64,000 bases of DNA from Methyloradius sp. (GCA_035460505.1 DATHWP010000091.1:14554-78553); one strand, 5' to 3'. Positions 1-9,781 are shown, numbered from the stretch's first letter. Made by a program: numbers and translations. The notes: a model not told the origin generated them from the sequence alone.

Positions 1-279
1 CTAAAGGCTCAATATTTGAATTCCCAACTTGGGAAATTTGCAGATATACCTATCAAGCACATGCGTCATCGCGGCATGATTTGGGCATTTGACACAGATT
101 ATGTGCCTGAAAAACAGGCGCTATTCAGGCAGCATTTTTATACACAGGCGCTGCAAAGCGGTCTGTTGCTGAGGCCGATTGGCAATACTGTTTACTGGAT
201 GCCGCCTTACACGATTAGCGAAGAAGAAATTGACTATATGCTGACCCACACACAGGCAGCGTTACAAAGTTTTGTTTAG
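1..279 (+). CDS. bioA: Adenosylmethionine-8-amino-7-oxononanoate aminotransferase, C-terminal fragment (truncated by window edge)
   Basis: Frame open from base 1; class-III aminotransferase C-terminal motifs RHRGMIWAFD and GLLLRPIGNTVYWMPPY typical of BioA. Confidence 0.8.
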   Translation, partial: LKAQYLNSQLGKFADIPIKHMRHRGMIWAFDTDYVPEKQALFRQHFYTQALQSGLLLRPIGNTVYWMPPYTISEEEIDYMLTHTQAALQSFV

Positions 280-304
280 TCACCAGATTTATCTAAAAGC
301 CATC

Positions 305-1711
305 ATGCGCATATTTATTTTATTTTTACTTTTTGCTGGAATGTCTGCCCAAACTGCACAGGCTGCCTTACCTGACAGTGTTGCAGATGCGCTGCAAAAA
401 GCGGGAATTCCACAAGATCACGTGTCCGTGATTGTTCAGCGCGTTGATACGACTGCACCACTTGTTAGTAACCAAGCTGACCAGCCACTGAACCCAGCTT
501 CCACAATGAAGTTGCTAACGACTTATGCCGGACTAAGCTTGCTCGGACCTGCATATCGCTGGCATACCGATGTTTATATGGATGGCACTCTTACTAATGG
601 TGTTTTGCAGGGCAACCTTATCCTTAAAGGTTATGGCGACCCAGCTTTTATGGCGGAGGATTTGTGGCGTTTGCTCAATAATTTGCGCCAGATGGGCATT
701 AAAGATATCCACGGTGATTTGTTACTGGATGCCTCTTATTTCTCGCCCAATATTGCCAATAGTGCAGACTTTGATGGTGAAGCATACCGTGCCTATAACG
801 CATTACCCAATGGACTGTTACTTAACTTAAAAGCCAGTAGTTTTAAATTCCAGGCGATAAGTTTCGGTGGTAGCCCGCAAGTATTGATTACGGCGGAACC
901 CAATTTGCCAGAGATCAAAGTAATTAATCGTGTGCAATTGAAATCAGGCGACTGCGGCGAATGGAAAAATAAAGTCAGTTACCAGATAGAGAAAACCACA
1001 GTGACTTTCAGTGGTAGCTATGCCAGCAGTTGTGCCGAGAAATATATGGAATTGAGTTTTCTGGATGATGCCCACTATACATTTAGCCTGTTTCGTGCCA
1101 TATGGCAGCAGCTTGGTGGAAGGGTTCAAGGTGATGTCAAACAGATTACTGTGCCAGTCAATGCAACTAAAATCGCACAGGCAGATTCGCCCGCACTGGC
1201 TGATGTGATACGGCGCATCAACAAATACAGCAATAACCTGATGGCGCGTCAATTATTCCTGACGTTAGGTGCAGAGCAACTGGGCACGCCAGCAGAGCCG
1301 GCAAAGAGTGATAAGGCCATTCGTGACTGGCTGGCTAGCAAAAGCCTGATATTTAATGAGCTGGTGTTAGAGAACGGTGCAGGATTGTCACGCAATGAGC
1401 ATATTACGGCGCGACACATGGCGGCTTTGCTGCTGGATGCATATACCAGTCCAGTGATGCCAGAGTTGATGTCGTCATTACCTATATTGTCGGTGGATGG
1501 CACAGTGGCAAAGCGGCTGAAAGATAGCCCGGCAGTTGGTCGTGCGCATCTTAAAACGGGATCGCTCAATGGTGTGAGCGCGATTTCAGGCTATGTACTG
1601 GATGGCAAAGGTCGCTACTGGGTGCTGGTATTCATGGCAAACGATGCGCAAGCTGCTGCCAGTAAAGCTGCGCAGGATGCCTTGATCGACTGGGTGTATC
1701 AACAGCAATAA
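305..1711 (+). CDS. dacB: D-alanyl-D-alanine carboxypeptidase/endopeptidase (PBP4, peptidase S13)
   Basis: PASTMK (SxxK), SNN and KTG motifs, GYGDP and ENGAGLSR; signal peptide follows ATG 305 (track start 272). Confidence 0.92.
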   Translation: MRIFILFLLFAGMSAQTAQAALPDSVADALQKAGIPQDHVSVIVQRVDTTAPLVSNQADQPLNPASTMKLLTTYAGLSLLGPAYRWHTDVYMDGTLTNGVLQGNLILKGYGDPAFMAEDLWRLLNNLRQMGIKDIHGDLLLDASYFSPNIANSADFDGEAYRAYNALPNGLLLNLKASSFKFQAISFGGSPQVLITAEPNLPEIKVINRVQLKSGDCGEWKNKVSYQIEKTTVTFSGSYASSCAEKYMELSFLDDAHYTFSLFRAIWQQLGGRVQGDVKQITVPVNATKIAQADSPALADVIRRINKYSNNLMARQLFLTLGAEQLGTPAEPAKSDKAIRDWLASKSLIFNELVLENGAGLSRNEHITARHMAALLLDAYTSPVMPELMSSLPILSVDGTVAKRLKDSPAVGRAHLKTGSLNGVSAISGYVLDGKGRYWVLVFMANDAQAAASKAAQDALIDWVYQQQ

Positions 1712-1796
1712 TCAACTAATATCTTAAGCATCATTCGCAGATATAACGCTTGAGGATTATAATCTTGGGCTTGATTCAATCATTTAACCCCCTTAG

Positions 1797-2285
1797 TTGG
1801 AGCACGCATTGAAACACCTTACGCTGATTACCAGTGCGTTGCTGATGGCAGTTTTTGCCGCCAGTGGATGCAGCGCAGACTCTAAAACCAGTAATTCTTC
1901 ATCATCTCATCAGGAAAAAATCGCAATGAGCACTAACATCACAGAATTGACAAAAATCGATCAAGTCGTTGGCGAAGGTCGGGAAGCCGAAGCTGGCCTT
2001 AACGTGACCGTGCATTACACCGGTTGGCTTTACGACCCAGCACAGCCAGAAGGCAAGGGCAAAAAGTTTGATAGTTCGGTGGATCGCGGCGATCCGTTCA
2101 ACTTCTTTTTAGGCGGTGGCCAGGTCATTCGAGGTTGGGATGAAGGCGTAGTCGGCATGAAAATCGGTGGTAAGCGCACGCTGCTCATTCCCTCAGAATA
2201 TGGTTATGGTGCCCGTGGTGCTGGCGGCGTGATTCCGCCAAATGCTACATTGGTATTTGATGTTGAATTACTTGGTGTGAAGTAA
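1797..2285 (+). CDS. FKBP-type peptidyl-prolyl cis-trans isomerase, probable lipoprotein
   Basis: VHYTGWL, FDSS, VIRGWDEG, IPPNATLVFDVEL; lipobox-like ASGC; exact start uncertain. Confidence 0.92.
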   Translation: MEHALKHLTLITSALLMAVFAASGCSADSKTSNSSSSHQEKIAMSTNITELTKIDQVVGEGREAEAGLNVTVHYTGWLYDPAQPEGKGKKFDSSVDRGDPFNFFLGGGQVIRGWDEGVVGMKIGGKRTLLIPSEYGYGARGAGGVIPPNATLVFDVELLGVK

Positions 2286-2405
2286 AAATTCAATTTACGT
2301 CGTCATACGGCGTTACTCACTAAAAATGATGTCTTGTATATACAACATATGCGGCGACCTCATTTTTAGTTCGCGCCTTGTCTGACTTAGTAACTTGATT
2401 TTTTA
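2283..2405. repeat. About 123-bp imperfect inverted-repeat element (ERIC/MITE-like)
   Basis: Termini TAAAAATTCAA / TTGATTTTTTA; inner arms ACTAAAAATGATGTC / GACCTCATTTTTAGT; central palindrome TTGTATATACAA (2334-2345); GGCGTT...CGCCTTG core. Confidence 0.6.
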
Positions 2406-2442
2406 GCAGCTTGAATTTTAAGAAAACGAAAGTGTTGATAGC

Positions 2443-2868
2443 ATGAAAGCACGTATCAAATGGGTTGAAAATGTTTGCTTTGTAGGCGAATCAGAAACTG
2501 GCCATGCGGTCGTGTTGGATGGCGCACCTGATGCAGGCGGTCGTAATCTGGGCATGCGCCCGATGGAAATGCTGTTGATCGGCATGGGTGCTTGTACCTC
2601 GTTTGATGTGGTCACGATTCTTAAAAAGTCACGTCAGCCAATCACCGATTGCGTGGCTGAGATGCACGCTGATCGTGCTGATGAGATTCCCAAGGTATTC
2701 ACCAATATCCATGTGCATTTTATTGTGACTGGCAACGGCCTCAATCCAGCGCAGGTGGAGCGCGCAGTGAAGTTGTCCGCAGAAAAATATTGTTCGGCTT
2801 CTATTATGTTGAGCAAGTCAGTCAACATCACTCACGATTTTGAAATCGTTGAAACGAACGTTGCATAA
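2443..2868 (+). CDS. OsmC family protein (YhfA-like)
   Basis: RPMEMLLIGMGACT and AEKYCSAS two-Cys motifs. Confidence 0.9.
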   Translation: MKARIKWVENVCFVGESETGHAVVLDGAPDAGGRNLGMRPMEMLLIGMGACTSFDVVTILKKSRQPITDCVAEMHADRADEIPKVFTNIHVHFIVTGNGLNPAQVERAVKLSAEKYCSASIMLSKSVNITHDFEIVETNVA

Positions 2869-3284
2869 TGGCTGACCAAATAATGACCAATCGACCCAAA
2901 GGCATGATAGGCATACGCCATGTGGCTTTGTTTATCAAAGAGTTAGAAGTTGCGGTGGATTTTTATGTCAATGTGATGGGCATGCAGATTGAATGGCAGC
3001 CCGACCCAGATAATGTGTATCTGACTAACCATGGCGATGTGTTTGCATTACACCGCGTTGATTATGTAGCGTCGGGCATGCAACGCTTAGACCATATCGG
3101 TTTTGTGCTCAAAACGCTTGAGGATGTAGATAGCTGGTATGCATACTTTGTGGAACATGGCATTAAAATCACCGAAAGCCCCAAGACGCATAGAGACGGC
3201 TCGCGCGGTTTTTACTGCCTAGACCCAGTTGGTCACCTATTGGAACTGATTTACCACCCGCCAATTTCAGGCCTGTTAGCCTGA
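2868..3284 (+). CDS. VOC/glyoxalase family protein
   Basis: IRHVAL, LDHIGF, FYCLDPVGHLLELI motifs. Confidence 0.85.
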   Translation: MADQIMTNRPKGMIGIRHVALFIKELEVAVDFYVNVMGMQIEWQPDPDNVYLTNHGDVFALHRVDYVASGMQRLDHIGFVLKTLEDVDSWYAYFVEHGIKITESPKTHRDGSRGFYCLDPVGHLLELIYHPPISGLLA

Positions 3285-3289
3285 AATAC

Positions 3290-3643
3290 TCAGGCTTTGA
3301 GCAAGCCTGTGTGATCATAGAGCTTAACTGCTAAAGCATTTTTACTTTCAATCAGCGCTAGCAAGCGGTCGATGTTTGGGTGCTTGCCAGCATTGAGTTT
3401 TGCATCTTCTGTATGTTCCGCGTAAATCTCCAAGCCTTCATTTGCGGCCTCAAAGCTGATTTCGCCATATTTCTTGTATAGATGGTGATACACCTTGATG
3501 GAGCCTTGGCTGCCAGGCTTATTTTCAATCACTGCGGTCGTTTCACCATCTAGTGCTAAAAGCTCTATTTTTTGTACATGGTCGGCGGCAGGCAGGCTTG
3601 CCAACTGCTCACTAAATGGTTTGATGCTAGGTTCGTTACTCAT
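3290..3643 (-). CDS. DUF2322-like conserved protein
   Basis: IENKPGSQGS, AEHTEDA, GKHPNIDRL motifs recalled for this family. Confidence 0.7.
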   Translation of the reverse strand: MSNEPSIKPFSEQLASLPAADHVQKIELLALDGETTAVIENKPGSQGSIKVYHHLYKKYGEISFEAANEGLEIYAEHTEDAKLNAGKHPNIDRLLALIESKNALAVKLYDHTGLLKA

Positions 3644-4260
3644 AAGTAGTAGCTAGTTCTGGTCATTAGTTTTGAAATCAATTGCATGCCTGATTTGATG
3701 GGCTTAGGTAACTCTGCTGCGCCGTGCTCATAGGCTGTTGCTGCGTGCTTGGCTTCATCAGTTTGCATTTGTTCGACAATCACGCGGCTTTTGGTGTCTT
3801 GTGCTGGCAGGCTGTCTAAATGGCTCTTCAAGTGCTTTTCAACTTGTAGCTCGGTTTCTGCCAAAAAACCAAGATTCCATTTATCGCCCAGTGCCCCAGC
3901 AATCGCGCCCATGGTAAATGAACCTGCATACCATAATGGGTTGAGCGCACTGGTTCTGCCGCCTAGCGATTTAATGCGCTCTTCACACCAAGCGAGATGC
4001 TCAGTTTCTTCTTTTGCTGCCTCTTTCAGTGCTTCTACAGTAGCTGGGTTCTTGGCCGTAAGCGATTGCCCGCTATACAAAGCCTGAGCACAGACTTCGC
4101 CACTATGGTTAACGCGCATCAATGCTGCAGCATGCTTCTTCTCCGCCCTTTCAAGCGGTACTTCAGCGAAGTCACGATCAGGATGCTGGCGTGTGCTATG
4201 GGCTTCCGCTAATAGCGTACGCAGTCCCTTATCAAGCTCTATGATCAGGCGATCTAGCAT
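3640..4260 (-). CDS. coq7: Demethoxyubiquinone hydroxylase (di-iron, Coq7 type)
   Basis: LMRVNHSGEVCAQALY, EETEHLAWC, ETELQVEKHL, DEAKH di-iron motifs. Confidence 0.93.
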   Translation of the reverse strand: MLDRLIIELDKGLRTLLAEAHSTRQHPDRDFAEVPLERAEKKHAAALMRVNHSGEVCAQALYSGQSLTAKNPATVEALKEAAKEETEHLAWCEERIKSLGGRTSALNPLWYAGSFTMGAIAGALGDKWNLGFLAETELQVEKHLKSHLDSLPAQDTKSRVIVEQMQTDEAKHAATAYEHGAAELPKPIKSGMQLISKLMTRTSYYL

Positions 4261-4264
4261 CTTG

Positions 4265-5689
4265 CTATTTGCGTTGCAAAATCTGCACGCCCTTGAGCAG
4301 ATTCAAGGCCTGGCTGAACTGGTAGTCAGATTTGCTGCCAGGCTCTGGTGGAGCCTTATCGCTGGTTTTGTCAGCAGGTGCTTTGTCTTTATCCGCTGGC
4401 GCAGGTGTCGCAGCATCTGGCGTTTTTACAGACGTGGCTGGCGTGTTTGCGCTTGCATCTTTCGGGTTTGATAAATGATTCGATAAATCAGCTTCGCGTA
4501 GATTAAGCCCAGATGAATCAGCACTGCTCAGCGTGGCATCTTCAACAATAATGTCGGGCACAATGCCCTTGGCCTGGATTGAGCGACCGTTAGGGGTGAA
4601 GTAACGTGCTGTTGTGAGCTTGATTGCTGTGCCGTTATTCATTGGTAATATGGTTTGCACAGAGCCCTTACCAAAGCTTTGCGTACCCATGATAACTGCG
4701 CGTTTCTGATCTTGCAGAGCGCCAGCAACAATTTCGGATGCTGAAGCTGAACCACCGTTGACAATCACAGCCATCGGTACTGTTTTGAGTTCTGGCGATG
4801 CATTTTTCAAATAATCAGCGCTGCCTCTAACGTAGTTCTCAGGGTTGGCAGTGAGGTTCATTTTTGCATCTTCAGTACGGCCCTCGGTGTACACGACTAA
4901 ATCACCCTTAGGAATGAAAGCTGCAACAACACCTACCGCCGCATTCAGCAAGCCGCCAGGGTTATTCCGTAAATCGAGAATCAAGCCCTTGAACGGTTCT
5001 TTATTTTGATCGCGTAGTGTTTGTAACGCTTTTGCTAAATCTTCGCCAGTGTGTTCCTGGAATTGTGTTATGCGAACATAGGCATAGCCAGGTTCGACTA
5101 GTTTGTATTTAACGCTTTGGGTTTTAATAGCCGCGCGTTTTAGGGTGATGACTAATGGTTTAGGCTCGCCTTTGCGCAATATGGTAAGCGTGATTGGAGT
5201 GTCTGGCTTGCCGCGCATCATTTTTACTGCGTCACTCAGGGTCAGACCTTTCACTGCTGTGTCATCAAGTTTTATAATCAGGTCGCCACTTTTAATGCCT
5301 GCTTTGTATGCGGGTGTATCTTCAATCGGTGAAACAACTTTCACAAATCCATCTTCCATACCCACTTCAATACCCAAGCCACCAAATTCACCTTGGGTAC
5401 CCGCTTGCAGGTCTTTGAAACCATCAGCATCGAGATAATCTGAATGAGGATCTAAGCCTGATACCATGCCCTTGATTGCTTCAGTAATGAGTTTTTTGTC
5501 CTCGACTGGTTCTACATAATCTGTCTTGATTTTGCCGAACACTTCAGCAAATGTGCGCAGTTCGTCCAAGGGTAATTGTGCTTGTGGTTTGGCATCTTTA
5601 TCAGCAATAGCAGAATATGTCAGGCTGAGCATGAAGCCCATGGCAATACTGACAACGATTAAGCCAAATTTATTGAGTTGTGCACGCAT
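4265..5689 (-). CDS. ctpA: Carboxyl-terminal processing protease (S41, PDZ domain)
   Basis: LDPHS, GLGIEV PDZ, DLRNNPGG, SASASEIV, GKGSVQ. Confidence 0.92.
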   Translation of the reverse strand: MRAQLNKFGLIVVSIAMGFMLSLTYSAIADKDAKPQAQLPLDELRTFAEVFGKIKTDYVEPVEDKKLITEAIKGMVSGLDPHSDYLDADGFKDLQAGTQGEFGGLGIEVGMEDGFVKVVSPIEDTPAYKAGIKSGDLIIKLDDTAVKGLTLSDAVKMMRGKPDTPITLTILRKGEPKPLVITLKRAAIKTQSVKYKLVEPGYAYVRITQFQEHTGEDLAKALQTLRDQNKEPFKGLILDLRNNPGGLLNAAVGVVAAFIPKGDLVVYTEGRTEDAKMNLTANPENYVRGSADYLKNASPELKTVPMAVIVNGGSASASEIVAGALQDQKRAVIMGTQSFGKGSVQTILPMNNGTAIKLTTARYFTPNGRSIQAKGIVPDIIVEDATLSSADSSGLNLREADLSNHLSNPKDASANTPATSVKTPDAATPAPADKDKAPADKTSDKAPPEPGSKSDYQFSQALNLLKGVQILQRK

Positions 5690-5850
5690 GTGGAAACTGT
5701 TCCTTAATGGAAGGTAAAGTATTAGATTGAGGTAGAGTTAAATATTGAGTAATGCAAATATAAATCGAACAATAGCTTATTTTCCGCTATTTACCATGTA
5801 TTTGCATAGTAGCCAGCTATTTTGTGGCATAAATTAAAAGGTTTTCCCCA

Positions 5851-6141
5851 ATGAACCAAAAAAATCTAACGGATATTGAAATCGAGTATTGCACCCAATG
5901 TCGCTGGTTATTGCGCGCTGCATGGATGGCACAGGAGCTACTTATTACCTTCGAATACGACATTGCCCGCGTGAGCCTAGTTCCGGGGACTGGTGGCATT
6001 TTTGAAGTGCGCCTGAATGGGCAGGTGCTATTTTCACGCAAAGAAAAAGGTCGTTTTCCAGAATCTAAAGAACTGAAGCAATTGATTCGTGATGTTATTG
6101 ATCCAGACCGCCCCTTGGGACATAGCGATAAAGTCGAATAG
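5851..6141 (+). CDS. SelT/SelW/SelH (Rdx) family protein, Cys form
   Basis: IEYCTQCRW CxxC, GGIFEV and FPE motifs. Confidence 0.9.
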   Translation: MNQKNLTDIEIEYCTQCRWLLRAAWMAQELLITFEYDIARVSLVPGTGGIFEVRLNGQVLFSRKEKGRFPESKELKQLIRDVIDPDRPLGHSDKVE

Positions 6142-6270
6142 TAGTCGGGCGAAGACTAAACCCATTTGAGATTCAAAATGTGAACTATTCGCAGTTCTGC
6201 AAGATTTTTTTAAAGCGATTAGACTCGGGTTTTCAATCAAAGCTTTTAAACAAAACTACTGAGGTGACAC

Positions 6271-6741
6271 ATGGCTAAAAAACCAAAACACGATGAACAC
6301 AATTCCCCCGTCATCAAGGCGCTCAACCTGATTCTTGAGATGGAGTTGGCTGGTGTGGTGCGCTATACGCACTATGCGCTGATGGTCTATGGATATACAC
6401 GCATACCGATTGTTTCATGGCTACGTGGGCAAGCCACGGAATCTCTCGACCACGCTAACAAAGCTGGTGAATTGATTACCCATCTTGGGGGACATCCTTC
6501 ATTGTCTATAGGTCCATTGCTTGAAACGCATAATCACGATATCGGTGATATTTTGCGTGAATCACTCGAGCATGAAAATGCCTCACTCAATTGTTATCGT
6601 AAACTGCTGAAGTTAGTAGAAGGTGATTCAGTGATGCTGGAAGAATATGCGCGCGAAATGATTTATGCGGAAGAGTTACATATCGGCGAAGTTGATAAAA
6701 TGTTGCGCAAACCTGGCGATGTAGGTGTGTTCTACAAGTAA
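6271..6741 (+). CDS. Ferritin-like/bacterioferritin-family di-iron protein
   Basis: E (MELAG), ExxH (ESLDHA), E (EHE), ExxH (EELH) pattern of a four-helix di-iron bundle. Confidence 0.8.
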   Translation: MAKKPKHDEHNSPVIKALNLILEMELAGVVRYTHYALMVYGYTRIPIVSWLRGQATESLDHANKAGELITHLGGHPSLSIGPLLETHNHDIGDILRESLEHENASLNCYRKLLKLVEGDSVMLEEYAREMIYAEELHIGEVDKMLRKPGDVGVFYK

Positions 6742-6760
6742 TAAACAACCAAGTCTGAAT

Positions 6761-6797
6761 AAACTAAAAAGCGGCCATTTAAGCCGCTTTTTAGTTT
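6761..6797. terminator. Bidirectional intrinsic terminator
   Basis: AAACTAAAAAGCGGC-CATTTAA-GCCGCTTTTTAGTTT between convergent genes. Confidence 0.85.
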
Positions 6798-6814
6798 AAT
6801 TTGGATCGTGCGAC

Positions 6815-7438
6815 TTACTCACTCATTTGATTGCTGGCAGCGCTAATTGCTGCTGCATCTTTAGGCTCTAGTCGTTTTGCACCATTAAACCGTTTTACCC
6901 AGTAGCTGTCATCCATATCCACCACACTAATGCCGCCGCCTGTGCTGGGTGCATGAATAAATCGATGCCCGCCAATATAAATGCCAACGTGAGAAAAAGC
7001 TGATTTTAGCGTGTTAAAAAATACTAAGTCACCTGGCTGCAGCTCATCTATTGAGACAGATTGCCCCAATTGGCTAATGGCGCGTGCGCTGTGAGGTAAA
7101 GTCAGGCTGGCTGCCTGCTGAAATACATAGCGCACAAAGCCGCTGCAATCAAAGCCTGTATCTGGGTTTTTGCCGCCATAGGTATAACGTATGCCAGTCA
7201 GGCTTAGAGCATTCATCATGACTTCTTGCACAGTGTCAGACCAACTGGTTTTGCTGTTGTATTCATTGTTGGCTGAATCAACATTATTGGCAGCCAACGT
7301 ATTGGAAACCATAGCGTTGCCTGCAGCATGAGCTTGCAAACTCAGGCTGAGTAATATGGCCAATAGAGTAGGTCGTATTAACATGAAATGCATTCTAAAA
7401 GCGTTGAGTGCTATTTGTAAACCCTTATTTCTGTTCAT
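6815..7438 (-). CDS. NlpC/P60 (C40) cell-wall peptidase
   Basis: GFDCSGFV, PGDLVFF, SHVGIY, FIHA; true start probably a later Met. Confidence 0.92.
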   Translation of the reverse strand: MNRNKGLQIALNAFRMHFMLIRPTLLAILLSLSLQAHAAGNAMVSNTLAANNVDSANNEYNSKTSWSDTVQEVMMNALSLTGIRYTYGGKNPDTGFDCSGFVRYVFQQAASLTLPHSARAISQLGQSVSIDELQPGDLVFFNTLKSAFSHVGIYIGGHRFIHAPSTGGGISVVDMDDSYWVKRFNGAKRLEPKDAAAISAASNQMSE

Positions 7439-7540
7439 AAATTCTAGGTGTGTCTTAATTCAACGCCCAAGGCAACAACAAGTGCAACAATCTATGGTGT
7501 AGAATCAAACCAGATAAATTCTGAACCATGAGGTCAATCG

Positions 7541-7909
7541 ATGCGCAAACATCCTTCTCTGACGGGGCTAAATTTGAGAGCAAACGCAAGTAAAGCAGTG
7601 CATGCCGTGCTGAATAAAGTGATCCACCAGGCTGATCATAGTCACGAAACATTAGCCGAGCATGCCCAGCAGATAGGGACTTCAGCCAAGCACAGGATGA
7701 GACTGGTTGCCAAAGGGTTCGCTCAGGAAATACAAAATTCCATCATGCATGTGCGAGATACAAGTAAACAAATGACTGGCCAAATGACAAGTAAGGCAAA
7801 GCGCAAAATTGCATTGCTGGCCAGCCGCAAACTGAATGAAATAGCCAACAGAATTGAACAAAAAGCCAATGCCATTCATATCAGCGCCACTAAATCTGCC
7901 AGTCGTTAA
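7541..7909 (+). CDS. Hypothetical basic helical protein (possibly phasin-like) upstream of the ABC1 kinase
   Basis: 122-aa Ala/Lys/His-rich ORF ending 33 bp before the kinase gene on the same strand. Confidence 0.5.
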   Translation: MRKHPSLTGLNLRANASKAVHAVLNKVIHQADHSHETLAEHAQQIGTSAKHRMRLVAKGFAQEIQNSIMHVRDTSKQMTGQMTSKAKRKIALLASRKLNEIANRIEQKANAIHISATKSASR

Positions 7910-7942
7910 TAGCGCAGATAACCCCAAAAGCAACGCATACTG

Positions 7943-9622
7943 ATGATCCGTCAAACCATTTCTGTCTTTCGTGACTTAGGCCGCATACGCGAGATTACTG
8001 GCGTGCTCATGCGCTATGGTTGGGATGATATTGCCAAGCGTCTGGGCAAGCGCAGCTTTATTGGCTGGGCTGGCAAAGCACTAAGCGCCGATGTACCGCC
8101 AGAGATCATGAATCTGCCGCCAGAGGTGAGAGTACGTTTGGCGATTCAAGATTTAGGGCCCACTTTCGTAAAACTTGGACAAGTGCTTGCGACCAGGCCA
8201 GATATTTTCCCGCCGCACTGGATTACTGAGTTCTCTAAGCTACAAGATCAAGTACCACCTGTACCTTTTGAAGAGTTATTGCCCGAACTTGAAAAAGCGC
8301 TGGGTAAATCGCCTTTTGAAGTATTCAAGGATTTCCAGGAAGTACCAATCGCTGGTGCTTCAATTGCCCAAGTGCACCGTGCGAAATTGCAAGATGGCAC
8401 GGATGTCGTGGTTAAAATTCGTCGTCCAAATGTGCAAGAAAGTATCGATGCCGATTTACGCCTGTTGTCTCATTTAGGTCGGTTGATTGAATCTGAAGTC
8501 GAGGAAGTCAGGCGTTTTCAACCAGGCAAGATCATTGCCCAATTTTCAAAATCGCTCAAACGTGAGTTGGATTTAGGGCTTGAAGGCAGAAGCACCGAAC
8601 GCTTTTCCAGAAATTTTGCAACCGATGAAAATGTAAAGTTTGCCCAAATCTATTGGGATTACTGTGCAGATGGCGTGCTGGTGATGGAGCACATTGATGG
8701 CATTTCTGGCCATGCGATTGAAGAAGCAAGAATGGCTGGTCTGGATTTAAAACTGCTGGCAGAGCTCGGTGCAAAAACTGTATTGAAAATGGTGCTGATC
8801 GATGGGTTCTTTCATGCAGACCCACACCCAGGCAACCTTTTCTATCTGCCTGGAAACCGTATTGCGATTATTGACTGCGGCATGGTGGGGCGCATTACGC
8901 TCGATAGACGCGGTGAAATTGCAGATTTGTTGGCGGCACTGGTTTCACGAGATATCGATGCCTTACGCGATATTCTGATTGTGTGGTCGGGTGATGCCAA
9001 TGTGGACGAAGCTAAGCTGGGCGCAGATGTGGATGAATTCATCTGCAACTACGATAATGCACCACTCAAGCATGTGCGCTTTAGTGCTTTGCTGAACGAC
9101 CTCACAACCATTATGCGCGAGAATCATCTTGCTGTTCCGCCAGATTTAACCATGTTGTTCAAGGCCTTAATTACCTTAGAAGGGCTTGGTCGCCAGCTAG
9201 ATCCAGACTTTCAGATCGTTAGTTTTTTAACCCCGTTCGTTAAAAAAATCATTATTGATCGCTATATGCCAAGCGCCTTGTTTAAGCGCGGTAAGCGCGG
9301 TGCAAACAGCCTGTTTGATTCGATCACTGGTTTGCCTGGCGATGTATCCATGTTGCTGCGAGAGGCAGGCCGTGGCAGGCTTAAAATCAATCTTGATCTC
9401 AAGCGGCTCGATCACTTTGGGCACCAACTTGATCACAGCACCAATAGACTCACCATGGCCATGATAGTGGCCGCCCTGATTATCGGTTCTTCTATTGTTA
9501 TGACAGTGAAAGGTGGGCCTACTATACTTGGATTGCCAGCGTTTGGTTTTATCGGATTTTTCTTTGCATTTTGTATTGGGTTTTTGCTGGTGATCTCGAT
9601 TTGGCGATCAGGTCGAGACTGA
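7943..9622 (+). CDS. AarF/ABC1/UbiB atypical kinase family protein with C-terminal membrane helices
   Basis: LGPTFVKLGQ, ASIAQVHRA, VVVK, FFHADPHPGN, IDCGMVG. Confidence 0.92.
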   Translation: MIRQTISVFRDLGRIREITGVLMRYGWDDIAKRLGKRSFIGWAGKALSADVPPEIMNLPPEVRVRLAIQDLGPTFVKLGQVLATRPDIFPPHWITEFSKLQDQVPPVPFEELLPELEKALGKSPFEVFKDFQEVPIAGASIAQVHRAKLQDGTDVVVKIRRPNVQESIDADLRLLSHLGRLIESEVEEVRRFQPGKIIAQFSKSLKRELDLGLEGRSTERFSRNFATDENVKFAQIYWDYCADGVLVMEHIDGISGHAIEEARMAGLDLKLLAELGAKTVLKMVLIDGFFHADPHPGNLFYLPGNRIAIIDCGMVGRITLDRRGEIADLLAALVSRDIDALRDILIVWSGDANVDEAKLGADVDEFICNYDNAPLKHVRFSALLNDLTTIMRENHLAVPPDLTMLFKALITLEGLGRQLDPDFQIVSFLTPFVKKIIIDRYMPSALFKRGKRGANSLFDSITGLPGDVSMLLREAGRGRLKINLDLKRLDHFGHQLDHSTNRLTMAMIVAALIIGSSIVMTVKGGPTILGLPAFGFIGFFFAFCIGFLLVISIWRSGRD

Positions 9623-9642
9623 TTTAGAAGCTATACATGTTA

Positions 9643-9691
9643 GGGATTGTTTTGGGGCAGACCAATAATTAACCCGCACCAAATGAGTGCG
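9643..9691 (+). promoter_or_regulatory. Tandem NtrC-type enhancer boxes; the strong box lies inside a 15-bp inverted repeat (9665-9701) that may also terminate the kinase gene
   Basis: CGCAC-CAAATGA-GTGCG (9675-9691) fits GCAC-N7-GTGC; weaker site ending TGGGGCA (9643-9659) starts 32 bp upstream. Confidence 0.65.
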
Positions 9692-9753
9692 GGTTAATTA
9701 TATGGCAAACTTGTTTTTGCCTAAGATGATGATTAATTTTGATATTTAACTAC

Positions 9754-9768
9754 TGGCATGCGCTTTGC
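9754..9768 (+). promoter_or_regulatory. Sigma54 (-24/-12) promoter of the ATP-grasp/alpha-E/Anbu operon
   Basis: TGGCATGCGCTTTGC = GG-N10-GC, close to consensus TGGCACG-N4-TTGC. Confidence 0.8.
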
Positions 9769-9781
9769 GTGGAACTAGGCT

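Noticed and set aside
1700-1711. DacB also ends in QQQ
   Set aside because: It is a periplasmic enzyme unrelated to the ligase loci. Treated as coincidence, and a reminder that a QQQ end alone is weak evidence.
5851-6141. SelW-like gene as a possible selenoprotein
   Set aside because: The motif is CxxC with TGC/TGT codons; there is no in-frame TGA.
6487-6522. GGHPSLSIGPLL in the ferritin-like protein resembles an encapsulin cargo-loading peptide
   Set aside because: The motif is internal, in the loop between helices, not terminal, and no encapsulin gene is in the window.
9703-9720. TGGCAAACTTGTTTTTGC as a second sigma54 promoter
   Set aside because: GG-to-GC spacing is 13 nt rather than the required 10.
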